Origin: Podarcis vaucheri
Lineage: Eukaryota
DNA length: 64,000 nucleotides
NCBI GenBank assembly: GCA_965113315.1
Contig: OZ220363.1
Strand: one strand, 5' to 3'
Shown piece by piece: positions 37,501-51,066 of the stretch (positions are counted from its first letter, which is position 1; every line of letters begins with the position of its first letter). Position numbers and translations under genes: made by a program. The notes beneath the pieces were generated by a model. The model was not told where the DNA came from. It searched no databases and saw only the letters and a program-made list of their open reading frames with translations.

Positions 37501-39053
37501 GCTACAAAGTGGTGCTGCACCAGCCAATTACTCTAAGGCTTAAACTGCCCACCATTATTATTTTTTAAGTACTAACCCCAGGGTGAGAGTGACAGGGAGC
37601 TTTTCTAGTCAGAGGCCAGCTTCATGGTCATATGGCCAATGAGAGCATCACTGTAGCAAGAGGATGAGCCAACTTCCCTTAGCCTACTAACCTTGCTTCT
37701 CTCATTGGTCCTGCACCCCCAATGGGGTGGCTTAGCTCCCTGCCACTACTGTCCTGGGGTTAGCAATTGTTAAAATCAAAATGGTGGGCTGCTAGAGCCT
37801 TGTCTGTCTGTGCAGCCATTCGCTTCCTATCTGGGGGGGGGAGTCTTTTGGAATGCTTGGGGGGCCAGTGAGCTGTGCAGTGGCGCAGTCTCTGGGCTTG
37901 AACCTGTTAGTTCAGCCTTAGCACCACTTTGTCCCTGTTTTCACACACACACAAAATGCTGCTGCTTTACTTTAAAGAGTTTTGTGTGTGGTGCTGCTTG
38001 AGCTCACTGCTCTTTTCATCAATGGATTTTCCTTAGTTCCGGATGTTGTATTGTGGTTGCTTCTGTTGCCATGGATTCTGGCTCCCTCCTCTTTCTCCTC
38101 CCAAGTGGGTTTCTGTTTTGGGAATCTCAGAACGCTGCCCAAAATCTGTGCATTCCTGTTCTTTCCCTCCTTTAAAGAAAAAGAAAAGAAACTTCCCTTT
38201 TCTTTCAGCTGTGTGAAAAGCAAGGCTCTCTGCAGCTGAGAAAATGGCATAGCTGTTACTAATCAGGGAGAGATCCAGATTAGCCAAGGGACTCAAAAGC
38301 AGCCCCAAAGCCCCATGAGTTTTAGAAACTTTTTAAGGACACTGGAACCAGTGCCTTAAAAAATAAATTAAAAATCATTCAAATGTGTTTGTGGGGTGGG
38401 TACAGGAAGGAGGGAATTCAGTCATTGCTGCTTATATAAAAGAAGTGGGCTCTTTTCCCTAGTTGGGGTTTGAATGTGCTGACATGTAGTGTCTCAAAAG
38501 CTTACATCTGCAAATCTTAAGTAAATGAGGTGGAGTGAGCTTACCCCATTTAGTGAATGAGACCCCTCCCTCTGGCAGGTTTCTTTCAGGAAAAGGAGAA
38601 AGAAAGAAAGAAGTCCAGGCACTGCAACAAACACATCATTATACAGCTTCACAACTGATGAGAGTTTGGTGTCTCTCGCTTGCTCTGACCGCCTCTGTTC
38701 CCTGGCACTGCTGTTCCGTTTCACAGCTGCAGGGCACAATTTGAAATGTTGCAGGTGCTGTTCCCAGCTACAAAGTTTTCATGTTAACAAAATCCATTGC
38801 TGCAGATGACTTTCAGGATTTCATTGTTATGCATCAGTTGAAATCAGAGACTCAGGTTGACATCAGGGCACAACTGCACCGCTAGACATCTTAAGGTGTT
38901 TATCTGTACCACAGACTTCAATCTCCGTTTGAAGCAGGCTCACCTAAAACAAGCTAATTTGGATTTGATTAGAACAGGTCCAAGCTGAGCTCATTCTTAG
39001 CTATAGCCCAGTCACAGTTCTGAGTCTTCTTGCACTCCCAGTGATGTCATTGG

Positions 39054-39453
39054 TAGGGATGGGAAAGAAATTTGATTCAGTTCACAATTTTCAAAACAAT
39101 GCGTGAAGCGAAACACAACCGTCTTTTGAAATAGGCACTTCCCTGAATTTTGCAATGTGCTTCTCCTGCCAAGTAATGTGTACAAAAATGCACATACTAA
39201 TGCAAAGTGTGCATATAAGTGCATATATTAGTGGAAAATAACATACAGAATGCATAATTTCAGGATAAATCGCTTTACAAAAAAAAAAAGTGTGTAAGAG
39301 GAGAAATTCACCCTAAAGTGCTGATGAATCTGCATGAGGACTTACAAAATAATAATAATCACAAACAGGCATGGAAAGGTGGAAAACCTGATGTCAAGCC
39401 TGGATAAATGAGAAACTGAGAGGAAGCAAAATTGACAGATTCGCCCATCCCTA
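39054..39453. mobile_element. Non-autonomous hAT element
   Basis: Termini TAGGGATGGG / CCCATCCCTA; 8-bp flanks GTCATTGG / ATCATTGG. Confidence 0.8.
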
Positions 39454-40030
39454 ATCATTGGGAACTCAGTGAAGCCTGAAGATCTCCCAACGAGCCCCCC
39501 CCCCCTGCTTGTTGCAGTAACCACTGCAGCAACCTTGAATAGGCTTTAAAAGGTTACAGCAACAAGTACCTGAGTTTTGCTTGGGCTTCTCAGTAACAGA
39601 ACTACATTTCCCAGGTGTCTTGGCACCCACAATGCTGCTGCCGTGCTCCAGGGCCCAATAATGGCTGCAGCAGCAAGTCTTCTCTATGCTGATGCTAACA
39701 AGTAAGTTTCAGCAGGAAAGGGGAGAGGCCTATGGTGGTGGCAGCCAGAGCAAAGCTCACTGTAAGCCAAGCCCAAAGTGTGGAAATGTTTGCGATTAGT
39801 TCAGAAATTCCAAATTAGGGAAGTTTGCACTCTGAACCCTCCGTTCCAATTTTTGGCAGCATCACGTTCATAAACAAGTTTAATAGACTAGGGATGGGTG
39901 TGGGTGTGTGGTGTGTATGCGCACTCCACAGACCACTAAGAGAAATTTATCAGCAGCACCCACATCAATCAACATTTCCCATAATTAATCCAGGGAGCGT
40001 ATACTGTTAGGGGGAATAAGAGCCAATTAA

Positions 40031-40233
40031 ATTATTATTTATTGTTACATTTATACCCTACCTTTCTTCCCAGGAGCTCAGGGTAGCATACATGGTTCTC
40101 CTAATTTACAACAACCCTGTGAAGTAGGTTAGGCTAAGAAACTGCTACTCACCCACCAAGACTCAAGGCTAAATGGAGATTTGAACCCTGGTCTCCCAGG
40201 TTCTATCCCAGTGCTCTAACCACTGCACCACAC
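40031..40233 (-). mobile_element. Older MIR/Squam3-like CORE SINE
   Basis: Minus-strand tRNA head (TGTGGTGCAGTGGTTAGAG...GGTTCAAATC), ACAACAACCCTGTGA core, AT-rich tail. Confidence 0.7.
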
Positions 40234-41253
40234 AAAAAGCATATATCTTCAGAGACTTGAACTTTCCTCTCTGTTGCCTTAGATTGACTCTGAAAGTTGA
40301 AGAGGACAAGAATAGCAAGCAGCCTTAGATCTCTTTTCTGGACCACGTTAGCCAGTGGCCTTGGGGTTTCCCCCCTTCCTTTCTCCTTCAGTGTGTGGCT
40401 TTGCTCAGTTGCTTGAGTCTCCTGGACCTATTCCCCCCTCCCAGCACACACACCCTGCTTCTGGCTCAGTGCAGTATGGAAAGGATTGTATATGAGGATC
40501 CCTTCCAATTCCTTGAGCTGGCTTTTCTCTTGACCTGTATCTGCCTTCTCCTGCCAACTGCTTCCTAGGTCATTGTATGGAAATGTTGGAGCAGGGAGAA
40601 GGCCTGAAGACAAGGAGGGGAATATATTACTGTGGTGGAGATGTCTTAAGTTGCCTAAGAATATGTGGTAATATTAGGTGAATGGAAGCTGATTACCAAA
40701 AAAGGAAAAGAAAGGAAAAAAGTAATCAGGCTGTTAAGTTTGCCTGCTCTAAGTACACCCTACTTAAATCAGTGCTTTGGTTCATGTTAATAAATCCTAC
40801 ACACAGATCACATGCATACACCTATTACAGCCAGGTAAGAGAAGTAAAATACAATGCAGGGCATCCACACCAACGTCTTATCCTCCAGAAGCCCAGCTCA
40901 GGAGGCGAGGAAGGAAATGAACAGGGCATCTTGGGGATTTTTGGCTTCAGCATGAACTCTATGCTTTCTCCAATGCAGCTGCTTCATTATGCAGGGATTT
41001 TTAAATGTATGAACCGGGGTGTCACAATTTTAAGTTGTGCTTGTTGGGTTGGGTTTGGTTTTCACTATAATCTGCTGGTGGAAAGTGATGGATTTGCCCA
41101 TTTCCCCTCTCCTGATTAATTGATTCAGTTTCTTTCCAAAGCCAAGACACAGCCCAAAGATCTGAATATTGGTTCGTAAAGACTTTCTAAATGTATTGAA
41201 GCTCTTCCTGTGCTTGGAACGCCACTTTTCTCACAGTTCAATTGAACTTTCAG

Positions 41254-41453
41254 GAGTACAGTCGCCACGGGAGAAGTCACCAGAAGAAGCCAAAGCCCCT
41301 GTACGGAGACGTACCACCAGTGAAGGCCAGTATGAGAACAGTCCCCAGGATCCTAGTTCACCACGAAGCCCCACAGTTCGTTCTCCAGTTCACTGTGTCT
41401 CACCGGAGGTGGTCAGCACCATCGCTGCCAACCCTGGAGGAAGGCCCAAGGAG
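41254..41453 (+). CDS. TNS1: TNS1 coding exon (GVQSPREK...NPGGRPKE), phase 1 to 0
   Basis: TTTCAG acceptor, GAG|GTGCTT donor; matches tensin-1 RRR..S.GQYEN...SPV.CVSPE...NPGGRPKE. Confidence 0.96.
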
Positions 41454-42370
41454 GTGCTTTTCTTTTTCTTATTAAAACACTATTTTCCCTTCCGGCCTTT
41501 CCATGCTTGCATGCATGGAAACACAGAAGGGGATATATGTCTCTTTGACCCCAGCGCTTGATAGTAGGTAGGGAAGGGCCAGGGTTGGGAATGGCAATGA
41601 ATTTAGTTTGGCAGTAGAATGGATAAAGTAAATGACACATGCATGGGTAGGCCTTCCTAAGTATTCCTTGGGTGGAAATTGCTTCTTCAGTTTTGGAAGA
41701 GGTTGCAATGGTTTGGGACTCAGAAATGTCCATGGTTGTTCTCATGTCCAACATGATGGAATACCAGTTGCAACCTGTGTTGCTGGAACTGGGAAGAGCC
41801 ACCATCAGTCCCTCCTATTTTGGCCACTTGCTGGAAGCCTCTGGACCGTCACTATATTCTGGTACAGATTCAAGTGCATGTTGGAAATTAAGACCTGTGC
41901 AATCAAAGTGGATGAAAGTCCTCTGTTGCTCTAGTGCCACAAACCCACTTTTTAATTTTGGGAATGGACTTTTGCAATTAGGAAAGTGACAGGGAAGTGC
42001 ACTGAAAATGTGGGATCAATGACTGATTGACAGGAAGATGCAAATGAATCAGAATGAATACTCAGTAAAGCAAATTATTATGAATGCTCAGTTAACGGGT
42101 CATCTGTAGGAGCTGTTTCTGACAGTATGGGGAATGGAACCCAACTACAGAAGCAGAATGTTTTCTGAAATTAGGAGTGGGAGAAAGGGTCATAAAGGCA
42201 AGAAAAGGAAGCATAGGAGCAAGCAGTTTAAAATTGCAACCAGACCAGGCGGGAGATGGGGGAAGCATCTGGCAAAGAGAAGGCAGGCATTTCTCCTGCC
42301 CCAATTTGTGGGGGAGAGGTCAGGAAGGTCCTGAATTTTGATAACTGATTCTGCTTTCCCTCTCTTACAG

Positions 42371-42446
42371 CCCCATCTCCACAGTTACAAAGAGGCCTTT
42401 GAAGAGATGCAGGGGACCTCTCCAAGCAGTCCACCTTCCAGTGGTG
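42371..42446 (+). CDS. TNS1: TNS1 coding exon ([25 protein letters not shown]), short-donor form; alternative donor extends it to 42509
   Basis: TTACAG acceptor; donors G|GTGAGA (42447) and C|GTAAGT (42510), both phase 1. Confidence 0.95.
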
Positions 42447-45400
42447 GTGAGACCTCTCCCCCAACCCCTGCCTTCCCTGTCTCACCACAAACCCCTTACA
42501 GTAACCTACGTAAGTTCCATGGCAGGGGATGGGAGAGGGGGCATTGATGGGTGGCTTGGGCAAAGCCAGACTTAAGAGGCAGTCGGTCAAACCGTTCTCA
42601 GCTTCCCAACACCCACCACCATTTTAATCACCCCTTCACTTTCTCGTTTCTCTCTGTCTGCCAGTCTTGGCTTCTTCCCCTTTCATCTCTGCTTGCTGTA
42701 AATTTCTCACAGTGTCATCAATAAGTATGCATTCGTCCATGATAATTATCATCACAACAGCAAAGTTTTGCAACTCTTGGGGGGATCGATTATGGTTAGA
42801 GCCATTAGCTACCAGCAAGTGGTGAAGAGGAGCCATAATTTCTGAATGTCAGCATAAACCATAGCAGCAGAGCCCTGTGCTGTCTTCTACACTCTCCTTC
42901 TCATTGTCTGCCAGACAAGGAGGTTCACAATTGTTCATAAATTGTTCACTTTCCAAAGTGTTGGCTGTGCTAGCTAGTTACAGGAAAAAACAGTAAAGAG
43001 CCTTGCAACTCCTTGAAGACTGTTTGCTGATTTTGAAGATGCCACAAGGCTCTGTTATTATTGTATAAAAGTTCTGCAGTTAAGATAGCAGAACTGCGCA
43101 ACTTACGGCCTGCTAAGCTTAGTGAAGCCCTCTAGCCGTGTAGGGCAGCCTACTTGGGGCTTGATAATACTTCTGTTCTTGCTGTCAACTAGCAATTGCA
43201 GGATTGGAGTTGGGTGTGGCTTGTTAAACCACAGCATATGCCTGGTGGGTTCATTTGGCTATGTAGGTCATCCATTCTGCAGGCCTATTTTAGAGAAACC
43301 CATCCAATGTTTTTGGTACACAATATCTGCCTTCCTAGATGTCAAGGGAAAAAAGTTAAATTAGCCTTGCTCTCCATAGCATGGACAAATACACAAAGTT
43401 GGATTAACAAGAATGTCACATGGCCCTGACAGTAGTTTCCCCATATCCATCAGCAACACTTAGTAGTTATGTATATGAGTTATGTAATGCACTTATAACA
43501 ATGACATGATTTATGAACCTCTATGAAAACACTTACATAGGCAAATTTGCTTCCCTGCTGGGGGAATTTTATACCACACTGTGAAGATTCCCAGTTCATA
43601 AATTCTAGATGGTACATAAGTTCAGGTCTTTGTTATTATGAATGAAGAATTCCCCATCCTGTGAAGCATCTGGCAGCATCATGGACTTAAATTAGTAATT
43701 ACATTTCCCTGGCTGACAGTTAAAAACATATCTGCAAGCCCTGGTGCATAAGCTGGAGAAATCCCTTTGGTCTGATCATTCAGAGATACTCTGAGCAGTG
43801 TAATGTTCCAGGGATTTTTTTTAAAAAAAGTATTTTTTTTAAAGGGGAAGCGGAATCACATACTGTACCTATAAACCTGCCTATCACATGTGTCAGTCAG
43901 TTTCAGCACTATTAACTGCTTTTCTAGACAGAAAAACCATACCCCAAATCTGCCAAAGTTGATGGGTTAGAAAAGGCAAACAGTCCTGGTTATGCCTAAC
44001 ACCTGAGCTGAGCTGTGGAATATCCCAAAGGAGAAGTATTTAAAGTTTAGGTTTTTGGCACACAGATCCTACTTTAGGCAATTTTTACATGGCTTCCTCT
44101 CTTTATGGGAGAGGGAGAGAGAGGCAGCTGTTTTCTGCAGGTGGGAGGAAATAAAAATTAACCCAAGCCCTAACGACACCCTTGAAATACCTCCACAACA
44201 GGACATGGGCTTATGCAGAACAGATGGAGGGATGCGTCAGCTCTTTCGCATGGAAAGGTCCACTGTTCTTCCATCCCAAGTGCCCAGCGTTCAAGGCCCT
44301 TTGCAAGTTCGTTCTGCCTTCTGTTTGCACTGACAAAAACTGATGGTTGTAAATTGGGACCAGATACTGCAGTGCACAAAATCTTTCAAAACTGATGTGT
44401 GCCATTTAAAGCAGGACCTATGGGCTGGATGCAACCCCTTGGCCTCTCCATCTGCCCTGCTGACCTCTCCTGTGCAGCCACATTTCTCCCATTGCTCAGC
44501 TGCTTCTGCCAGTCAGCTGAGTGGTGGCAAAGGAGGTGGGAAGTTGCAGGGAGGTTCAAACTTCATCTTCTCTAATCTATCCTATCCCACTCCCCTCCCA
44601 AAAATGCTGATCATGAGGAACAATGGAGCAATGAGGGAAGAGATGCAACGGCTGCAGAGTCCCACTGCTTCCACTGGCAGCTTGCTGCATTTCTGTGCTG
44701 AGAAAAAGGAAGCTCATTTCTCAGCATCCCAAAAGGAAATGTGACCCAGATGTATGGATATGTGTGAATCGTGGAGGGGTATGCGTATGAATGGAGGTGC
44801 AGGTGTGTGAATGGGTATAGTGTGGGGATAAGCGGATGGGTATGAATGGGGCATGCATATGTAGATAGCTGTGAATGGGGTGTGTATTTGTGTATATAGC
44901 TTTGGCCCACCCCTGGCATATGCCCCTCCCCCTAAGGAGTTACAAGGGAATGCAGTCCCTGGACTGAAAGAAGTCCCCAACCCTGGTATTGGGTAGAAAG
45001 TTCAGATACAAATTTAATGAATGATAGCTCCCACTCCCTTCTGGGCAGTTTTGTAAGGAAGGACAGGGTATACATTTCATACATAGAGTGCATATGCTTC
45101 AGAGGCCACAACTTATTCCATAGGTGTGTACATATGTGCACACGCCCAGACCAAATGAGGAATGAGTGGTTTCCATTCTACATAGATACAGCTTTAGGGC
45201 ATTTGCTGCCTTGCACACCTGTTCCTCCTTCAGTTCTCAAATAAAAGTGAACAACATGTAGATTTGCTTCTCTATCTTTTTTTTAAAACATGTAGTCTTC
45301 GCCATTTTAAGAAAGAAATGAAATTGAGGACAATAGCAAAAGCCCACACCAGCAGGGATTCCATTGCACTAATAGGTCCAAATGTGCCTTTTTAATCCAA

Positions 45401-45975
45401 AGCTAAGGGAACCACAGGCCAAAGAGGTGCATGTGCTCTTTGGTCTGTAGCTCTTCAGTGGAAGAGGTAAATCTAGCTGCAAATTGATTTGTGTTTCAAT
45501 GTAAGTATGTGTGTGTTTAGTTCTGTCAGAATTTGAAGGGGCAAATGGGGACTGAGAGTGTGTCTTCAGAGTTACAGTGAGACCCTTTGACATCCATTTG
45601 TAACCAATCAAAAGCTGTTTGCAGCTGATCTGTGCTGTCAGCAAAAAACAAACAACCCCTTGCAAAGGAAGAACCAGGAGTTCACTGAATGCTCCTGATT
45701 TTTCCTTTGTAGCCACATCCTTTCCTGCTTCACACCTGACATTATGTTACATTCAAATAGTTTATGTGTTTAGATAATACTGTATTTAATATTGTTGTTT
45801 CTCTTTGATAGAACACATTCAAAGTTGCATCAGGCCAATGCAGAGACACTGTGCAGTATACCATTTAGCTGAGTCAGTAGTTAACTTGATCTCAACAGAC
45901 AGGTGTTCCACCCACCAGACAGGGAAATTCCAAAGTAGTAATGCCCCCCACACTGCGGTGTGATAGTAGCTTGTA

Positions 45976-46225
45976 CAGTCGTACCTTGGCTCCCAAACGC
46001 CTTGGTACTCAGATGTTTTGGCTCCTGAACTCTGCAAACCAGGAAGTGAGTGTTCCGGTTTGCAAATGTTCTTTGGAACCCAAACGTCCAACAGGGCTTC
46101 TGTGGATTCCGATTGGCCACAGGAGCTTCCTGCAGCCAATCAGAAGCTGCGCTTGGGTTTCTGAACGTTTTGGAAATCGAACAGACTTCTGGAATGGATT
46201 CTGTTCAACTTCCAAGGTACGACTG
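45976..46225. mobile_element. Tc1/mariner MITE
   Basis: Perfect 14-bp inverted termini CAGTCGTACCTTGG / CCAAGGTACGACTG; TA on the left flank. Confidence 0.8.
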
Positions 46226-47056
46226 AGGCCGTGGGTGAATACCTGGTCTTTAACTTCCTCTTGCATGCTCTGTCTTCCTTACTTTTCTAGTCAAGCATGC
46301 CTCTGAATGACTAACCCCTTGATAACTTGGTGGTGGGTTTTTAAATGTAATTAATTTAGCTTTGAACAGTTCTGCCAATATTTCATCTGGCAGTGCTAAC
46401 ATGGCTAAGTGCATACCAACAGCAATGAGCCAGTGAGCAGCTGGGAAACAGCAAAAATCTCAAAAATAGCAGACCCAAAATTTCCAGAACATTCTGATTC
46501 CAAACTGGAAGCATCACTGTTGTCTTCCAGAAGAGGCTGGCTCTTATTTCAGAACAGAACTGGTACCCCCACTTATTAACACCCCAGTTTTTAATATCTA
46601 CTGTCAGTTATCATTCATAGATTTTTTAGCAGGGCCTTTAAAAATGCATCCACACTGGTCTTCTTCCCAATGCAGAGTGAATTGTGACAGATATGTTTAT
46701 GGAAAACTAAGGTGAATGAGATCCTGAGCAATAATAGCAAGAAGTAGCTTAATATAGGTCCCCAAAGAATAGGTAAAATGAAATCCTCCAGCTGAGCCTC
46801 ATTCACTGATGTTAATATTTAAAGGCCACATCCTCAATGTGCTTGTTTCAAGGGTTAGATGAAGAGTACTTCCAATCTTCACAATCCTCTCTTGGCTAAA
46901 TATAATTTGCTTGGGAAGCACATCACTGTCAGTGCAGAAAGTGTCTTGGGAGACCACTGCCAGGGACATTTTTGTACTTTTAGTTGCATAATACAAGAGC
47001 AATTAACACAATTTAGCCATGACTAAATGTCATCCCATTGATTTCATGGGAGCACA

Positions 47057-47146
47057 CAGCTCAATCCCATGCATATTCACTCAGAAGTAATTCATAGTGA
47101 TTTCAGTAGGATTTACTCCCAAATAAATGTGCATGGGATTACAGCC
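47057..47146. mobile_element. Short palindromic MITE (PIF/Harbinger-like); related copy ~53412-53500
   Basis: AATCCCATGCA...TGCATGGGATT inverted arms, ~90 bp. Confidence 0.5.
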
Positions 47147-49006
47147 TTCATCATGACTGACTCTTCCTTCACATGTACAGACATGCTGTGAGTTGCACAT
47201 TCATTCTGGTTCTGTTGAGCCAGAATGACATTTCAAATCCTTCCATAGACTTGACCTGCTACATATTCTTAGAGGGCTGAAGGTATCTCTATAGGAAAGC
47301 ATGTGACTCTATAGCTTTCTCCTACAGAACAGTTACAGATCCACTATGTGAACTGATTTGGTAACAATGCCTGTCATCTTTGCCAGCAAGCTGAACAAGG
47401 CACTTGAGGTGCTATCAGCAAAGCCCACAAAGAGCCTGCTGTACAGGCTCTTGAGGATGCAGGTTGAGCACTGAGCTATATGATATTCCAGACATGGACT
47501 AGCTGCTTTTGGAATTGCTTGTTTCCCAGTCATTCATTGGTACTGAGCCATTAATCCTAGCCAGCCTAGCTAATCCATGATGAAATATATGCTCTTGGTA
47601 ACTGGCTTTCCTTTAATGCTCCTCCCTCCCTCCCTCCTCCTGCTGTGTCCCCGGCAAGGGTGCCCATCTGAAGCTGTAAGTCAGAGGGTTGCAATGCAAG
47701 TAATGGAGAATGTGTCGAATTTTTCCTTAATGGACAATATAGTACTTCATTTGTCTGTGTACGCCCACTCTGCAAGAGAACTTGAGTTTCAAGTTAGAAA
47801 GCCTGAATTGTTTGGAGCTGGTGAAATATGATATCACTTGCAATGATAGCAGTACACTGAAAAAGGAGAAAAACCCACATTGGAGTTTTTGTGAGACTTG
47901 CTGTTTGGAACACATCTCACGTATACATCTACATCCATTGCTGCTTGCTGTATACATATATATATAAAGTGTATATATGCATGGCTATCCTAAATGTTGT
48001 TCTCCTTTTTGATTGGGTAGATATAAAATGAGATATATGTGGATGCAATCATTCAAATACTTTGTTGATATACAAGTTATACATATAGGCATCTACATAT
48101 ATGATGTATGTTATTTGTGATATACAATGCCATTCGAATGCAATGTTTCAAATCCTTCTTGTCTCATGATCACGATCTTTGCAGATGCCATCTCTACCTT
48201 GTGGCAAAACCTCTGACATAAGATGACATACATTATCTATTCATTCATTGCTGTTCTTCAGACATCCTGGTAATGGGATGGGGATGCTGCGGTCATTTGC
48301 TACCAAGGTTCTCTCTATTGGGTTGTTCTCTTGGGCTTGTAAAGAGAAAATGGGAAGTTGCTATGTTTCAGTTTCTGCACTAACCCTATACTCTCACAAA
48401 AAGCCATAAATGGGAAGGATGGTGATGATTTATTGAAGAAAAAAGGGAGATGGAAACATGGATATGTCATTCCTTTATATATTTTCTAAGGGATGTTCCA
48501 CAAAGAAGAAAAGAGGCAGAAAGATCATGGTCGCATGAAATTATCAGATGCATTCCAGAGACAGTTACCAGTCCTCCAGTCCTGCTATGTAACATAAGCA
48601 CCTAATTCCTTGCCAGTGGGACTTTGACTGGTTGCTGCTTCATCACAGGCTCAGTACAGCATCTGAATACACATCTGTAGTTATATCCTTGCTACTGGAG
48701 CAAACTTAATAGGCTAAATGTCAGGCCAAGATTTAAGCTGGAGAAGCTGGGGGCATGATTTTCTTGAAATATGGATCTGACCTGCTGAAAACATTATCAG
48801 TGTGAAGTAAGTTGTCCACAAAAGCTACTTAAAACAACAACAGCCAACCTTGCTTGCCACACACCTATTAGCTGTAGTCAATGCTGGGAACATTAATAAC
48901 TTGAGAGATAACAAATGTCTTTGACTAGTTGTGCTGAGTTTAGTAGTTTGGTGCAAACACAAAGCAAGGTGTTAGAGTTGGCTGTAGAGTTGCTGTAGCT
49001 CCAGCA

Positions 49007-49142
49007 CAGGCATGGGCAAACTCGGTCCTCCAGATGTTTTGGGACTGCAACTCCCATCATCCCTGACCACTGGTCCTGTTAGCTAGGGATGATGGGAGTT
49101 GTAGTCCCAAAACATCTGGAGGGCTGAGTTTGCCTGTGCCTG
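49007..49142. mobile_element. Palindromic hAT MITE (~135 bp)
   Basis: Termini CAGGCATGGGCAAACTC / GAGTTTGCCTGTGCCTG; 8-bp flanks CTCCAGCA / CTCTAGCA; whole element is a fold-back. Confidence 0.85.
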
Positions 49143-49780
49143 CTCTAGCAGGTGGTCCTGTTTGGGGATGGTGTAGAAGAGTCCTCTCAGCTACATGCAA
49201 ACCTTTGAGAGTTAACATTGTTGGAAGAGCTTGCCAAGCTTTCCCCTGAGGAAATCCAGTCTTTGCCACTGAATCAGAGCAAACATCAACCAGGTTTTCT
49301 CTGGATTGATGTTTCCTCTGATTTTTCACTAAAGAATGGGTTTTCTGGGGGAAAGTGGTAAGGCAAGGGGGAAAATGTTCAGACCCATGCTTTTCTAGAC
49401 ATGGGACAAGTGCAAGCCTGGATGGAGCCCTAAGTGCCTCAGCCTTCCATTTTGTAGATCCACTGCTCCACTTGCCTTAAGAAATCACACACTACTGAAG
49501 AGAGGGCAATCTTTGTCTCTTCTCAACAGAGAAGCTGTCTGAGACGGGGGGCCTGCTACTGGCAGCTACATTCCTGTGGTTTCAGCACACCAATCACCCT
49601 GAGTATTTCCAGCCATACATGTATATAGCTAGGATTCAGTTACAACCCTGTTTAGCTATAAACTGGTATTTAAAAACAAACCTGGAAATGCCTGGATTTC
49701 TTCTCCTTTACATTTAATCCACCCTTTTATGTTCTGTTTTGTTGATGCATTTCTTTCGCTCTCTGTATTTTTGATAACAG

Positions 49781-49873
49781 TGCGCTCTCCACCAGGACTG
49801 GCTAAAACTCCGCTTTCAGCACTGGGCCTGAAACCTCACAACCCAGCAGAGATCTTGTTGCAGCAAACAGGAG
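49781..49873 (+). CDS. TNS1: TNS1 coding exon ([31 protein letters not shown]), 93 nt, phase 1 to 1
   Basis: AACAG acceptor, G|GTAAGC donor; near-identical to tensin-1 [27 protein letters not shown]. Too short for the ORF track. Confidence 0.96.
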
Positions 49874-50931
49874 GTAAGCAAGAGTAGTATAGTGATGGAG
49901 AGACTGGTACTATGGAGAATAGCAGCATCGTCTTTTGTACAACCCACTGTCCTGTTGCCAAGATAGAAGGCCCATGAAGTTTGTATTAAGTAGTTTTAAA
50001 GATACCCACTGCACACAGACTTTAAAATAGATTTTAGCTCTGGAGTATAAGCATATATTTTATTCCTTCAGTTACACAGCAGCAGTTGTTTTAGCAAATG
50101 GCATTGCTGTTCTCACAATCACTTTTCAAATCTTACCAAGCCCAGACCTTGATATTGCCTTAAGGTGGTGATTTCCATCAGCCAGCATCATTTTCTGTGC
50201 TCTACAAAAGTGCTTCCTTTCCTCAGTTCTGCTCTTGCCAATTTTGTATTTTTAATGTACATCCTTAAGTTGCTTGCATAATGAGCCTCCTGTTCATTTT
50301 CATTCATCATTTTTAATTATGGATGACAAGGAGAGATAAATCTTATTTATAGAACTGAGGCAGATTTGAAAAAAAGTACAAATCTGATTTGAACTTCTTC
50401 TTTTTGTCTATCTTGGATTCCAAATGTCGCAGAAGTTGGATTTCAACCATAAGACTCAAATTTTGGAGTCACATTCTGCAGTTTGCACTGCATCTGAAAG
50501 TCTGGCTCCAGTTTTTCTGTACAAATTCAATCAAGTGTGAATCTTCTATGGCCCTTATCCAATTCAAATAATCTGCAACTAATTGCATGTAATAACTAGT
50601 GGTGTCTGGATAGGGAACCACATCCCAATATGCTTCAAAAGACACAAACAGATCATTCACTGTGGCTCAAATAAGTATTTCATTGGGGATACAGATGAAG
50701 ACACAAATGCAGTCTTCCATATGTAACTCTTCCTTGCAGATTTGAGGCACATATATTTAATTTTAAAAGGAATGGCATATCTCAAATTTCCATATCTGGG
50801 GATTTACACTTACACGCAGATTATAAATTGTAGGATTATTCAGTGTGACGCTGCATATAATATTCAGTGTTGTAACAGTCTTCGAAATTACACAGATCTT
50901 GAGTGCTTGTTGCAGTAACTGAAATATGCTG

Positions 50932-51066
50932 GATTCAGGTAGGTAGCCGTGTTGGTCTGATGCAGTCAAAAAAAATATAAAATTAAAAAAATTGTCCAGT
51001 AGCACCTTAGAGTTGGTCTCTTAGTTGGTCTCTAAGGTGCTACTGAACATTTTTTAAAATTTATTT
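50932..51066. mobile_element. Penelope-like inverted terminal fragment
   Basis: 12-bp direct repeat TGAAATATGCTG on both sides (50920-50931, 51067-51078); internal 16-bp perfect inverted repeat 50997-51012 / 51030-51045; homologous to 22631-22657. Confidence 0.7.

Noticed and set aside
44740-44900. His/Pro/Tyr-rich minus-strand ORFs
   Set aside because: Degenerate GT-rich low-complexity sequence, probably inside an old DNA transposon.
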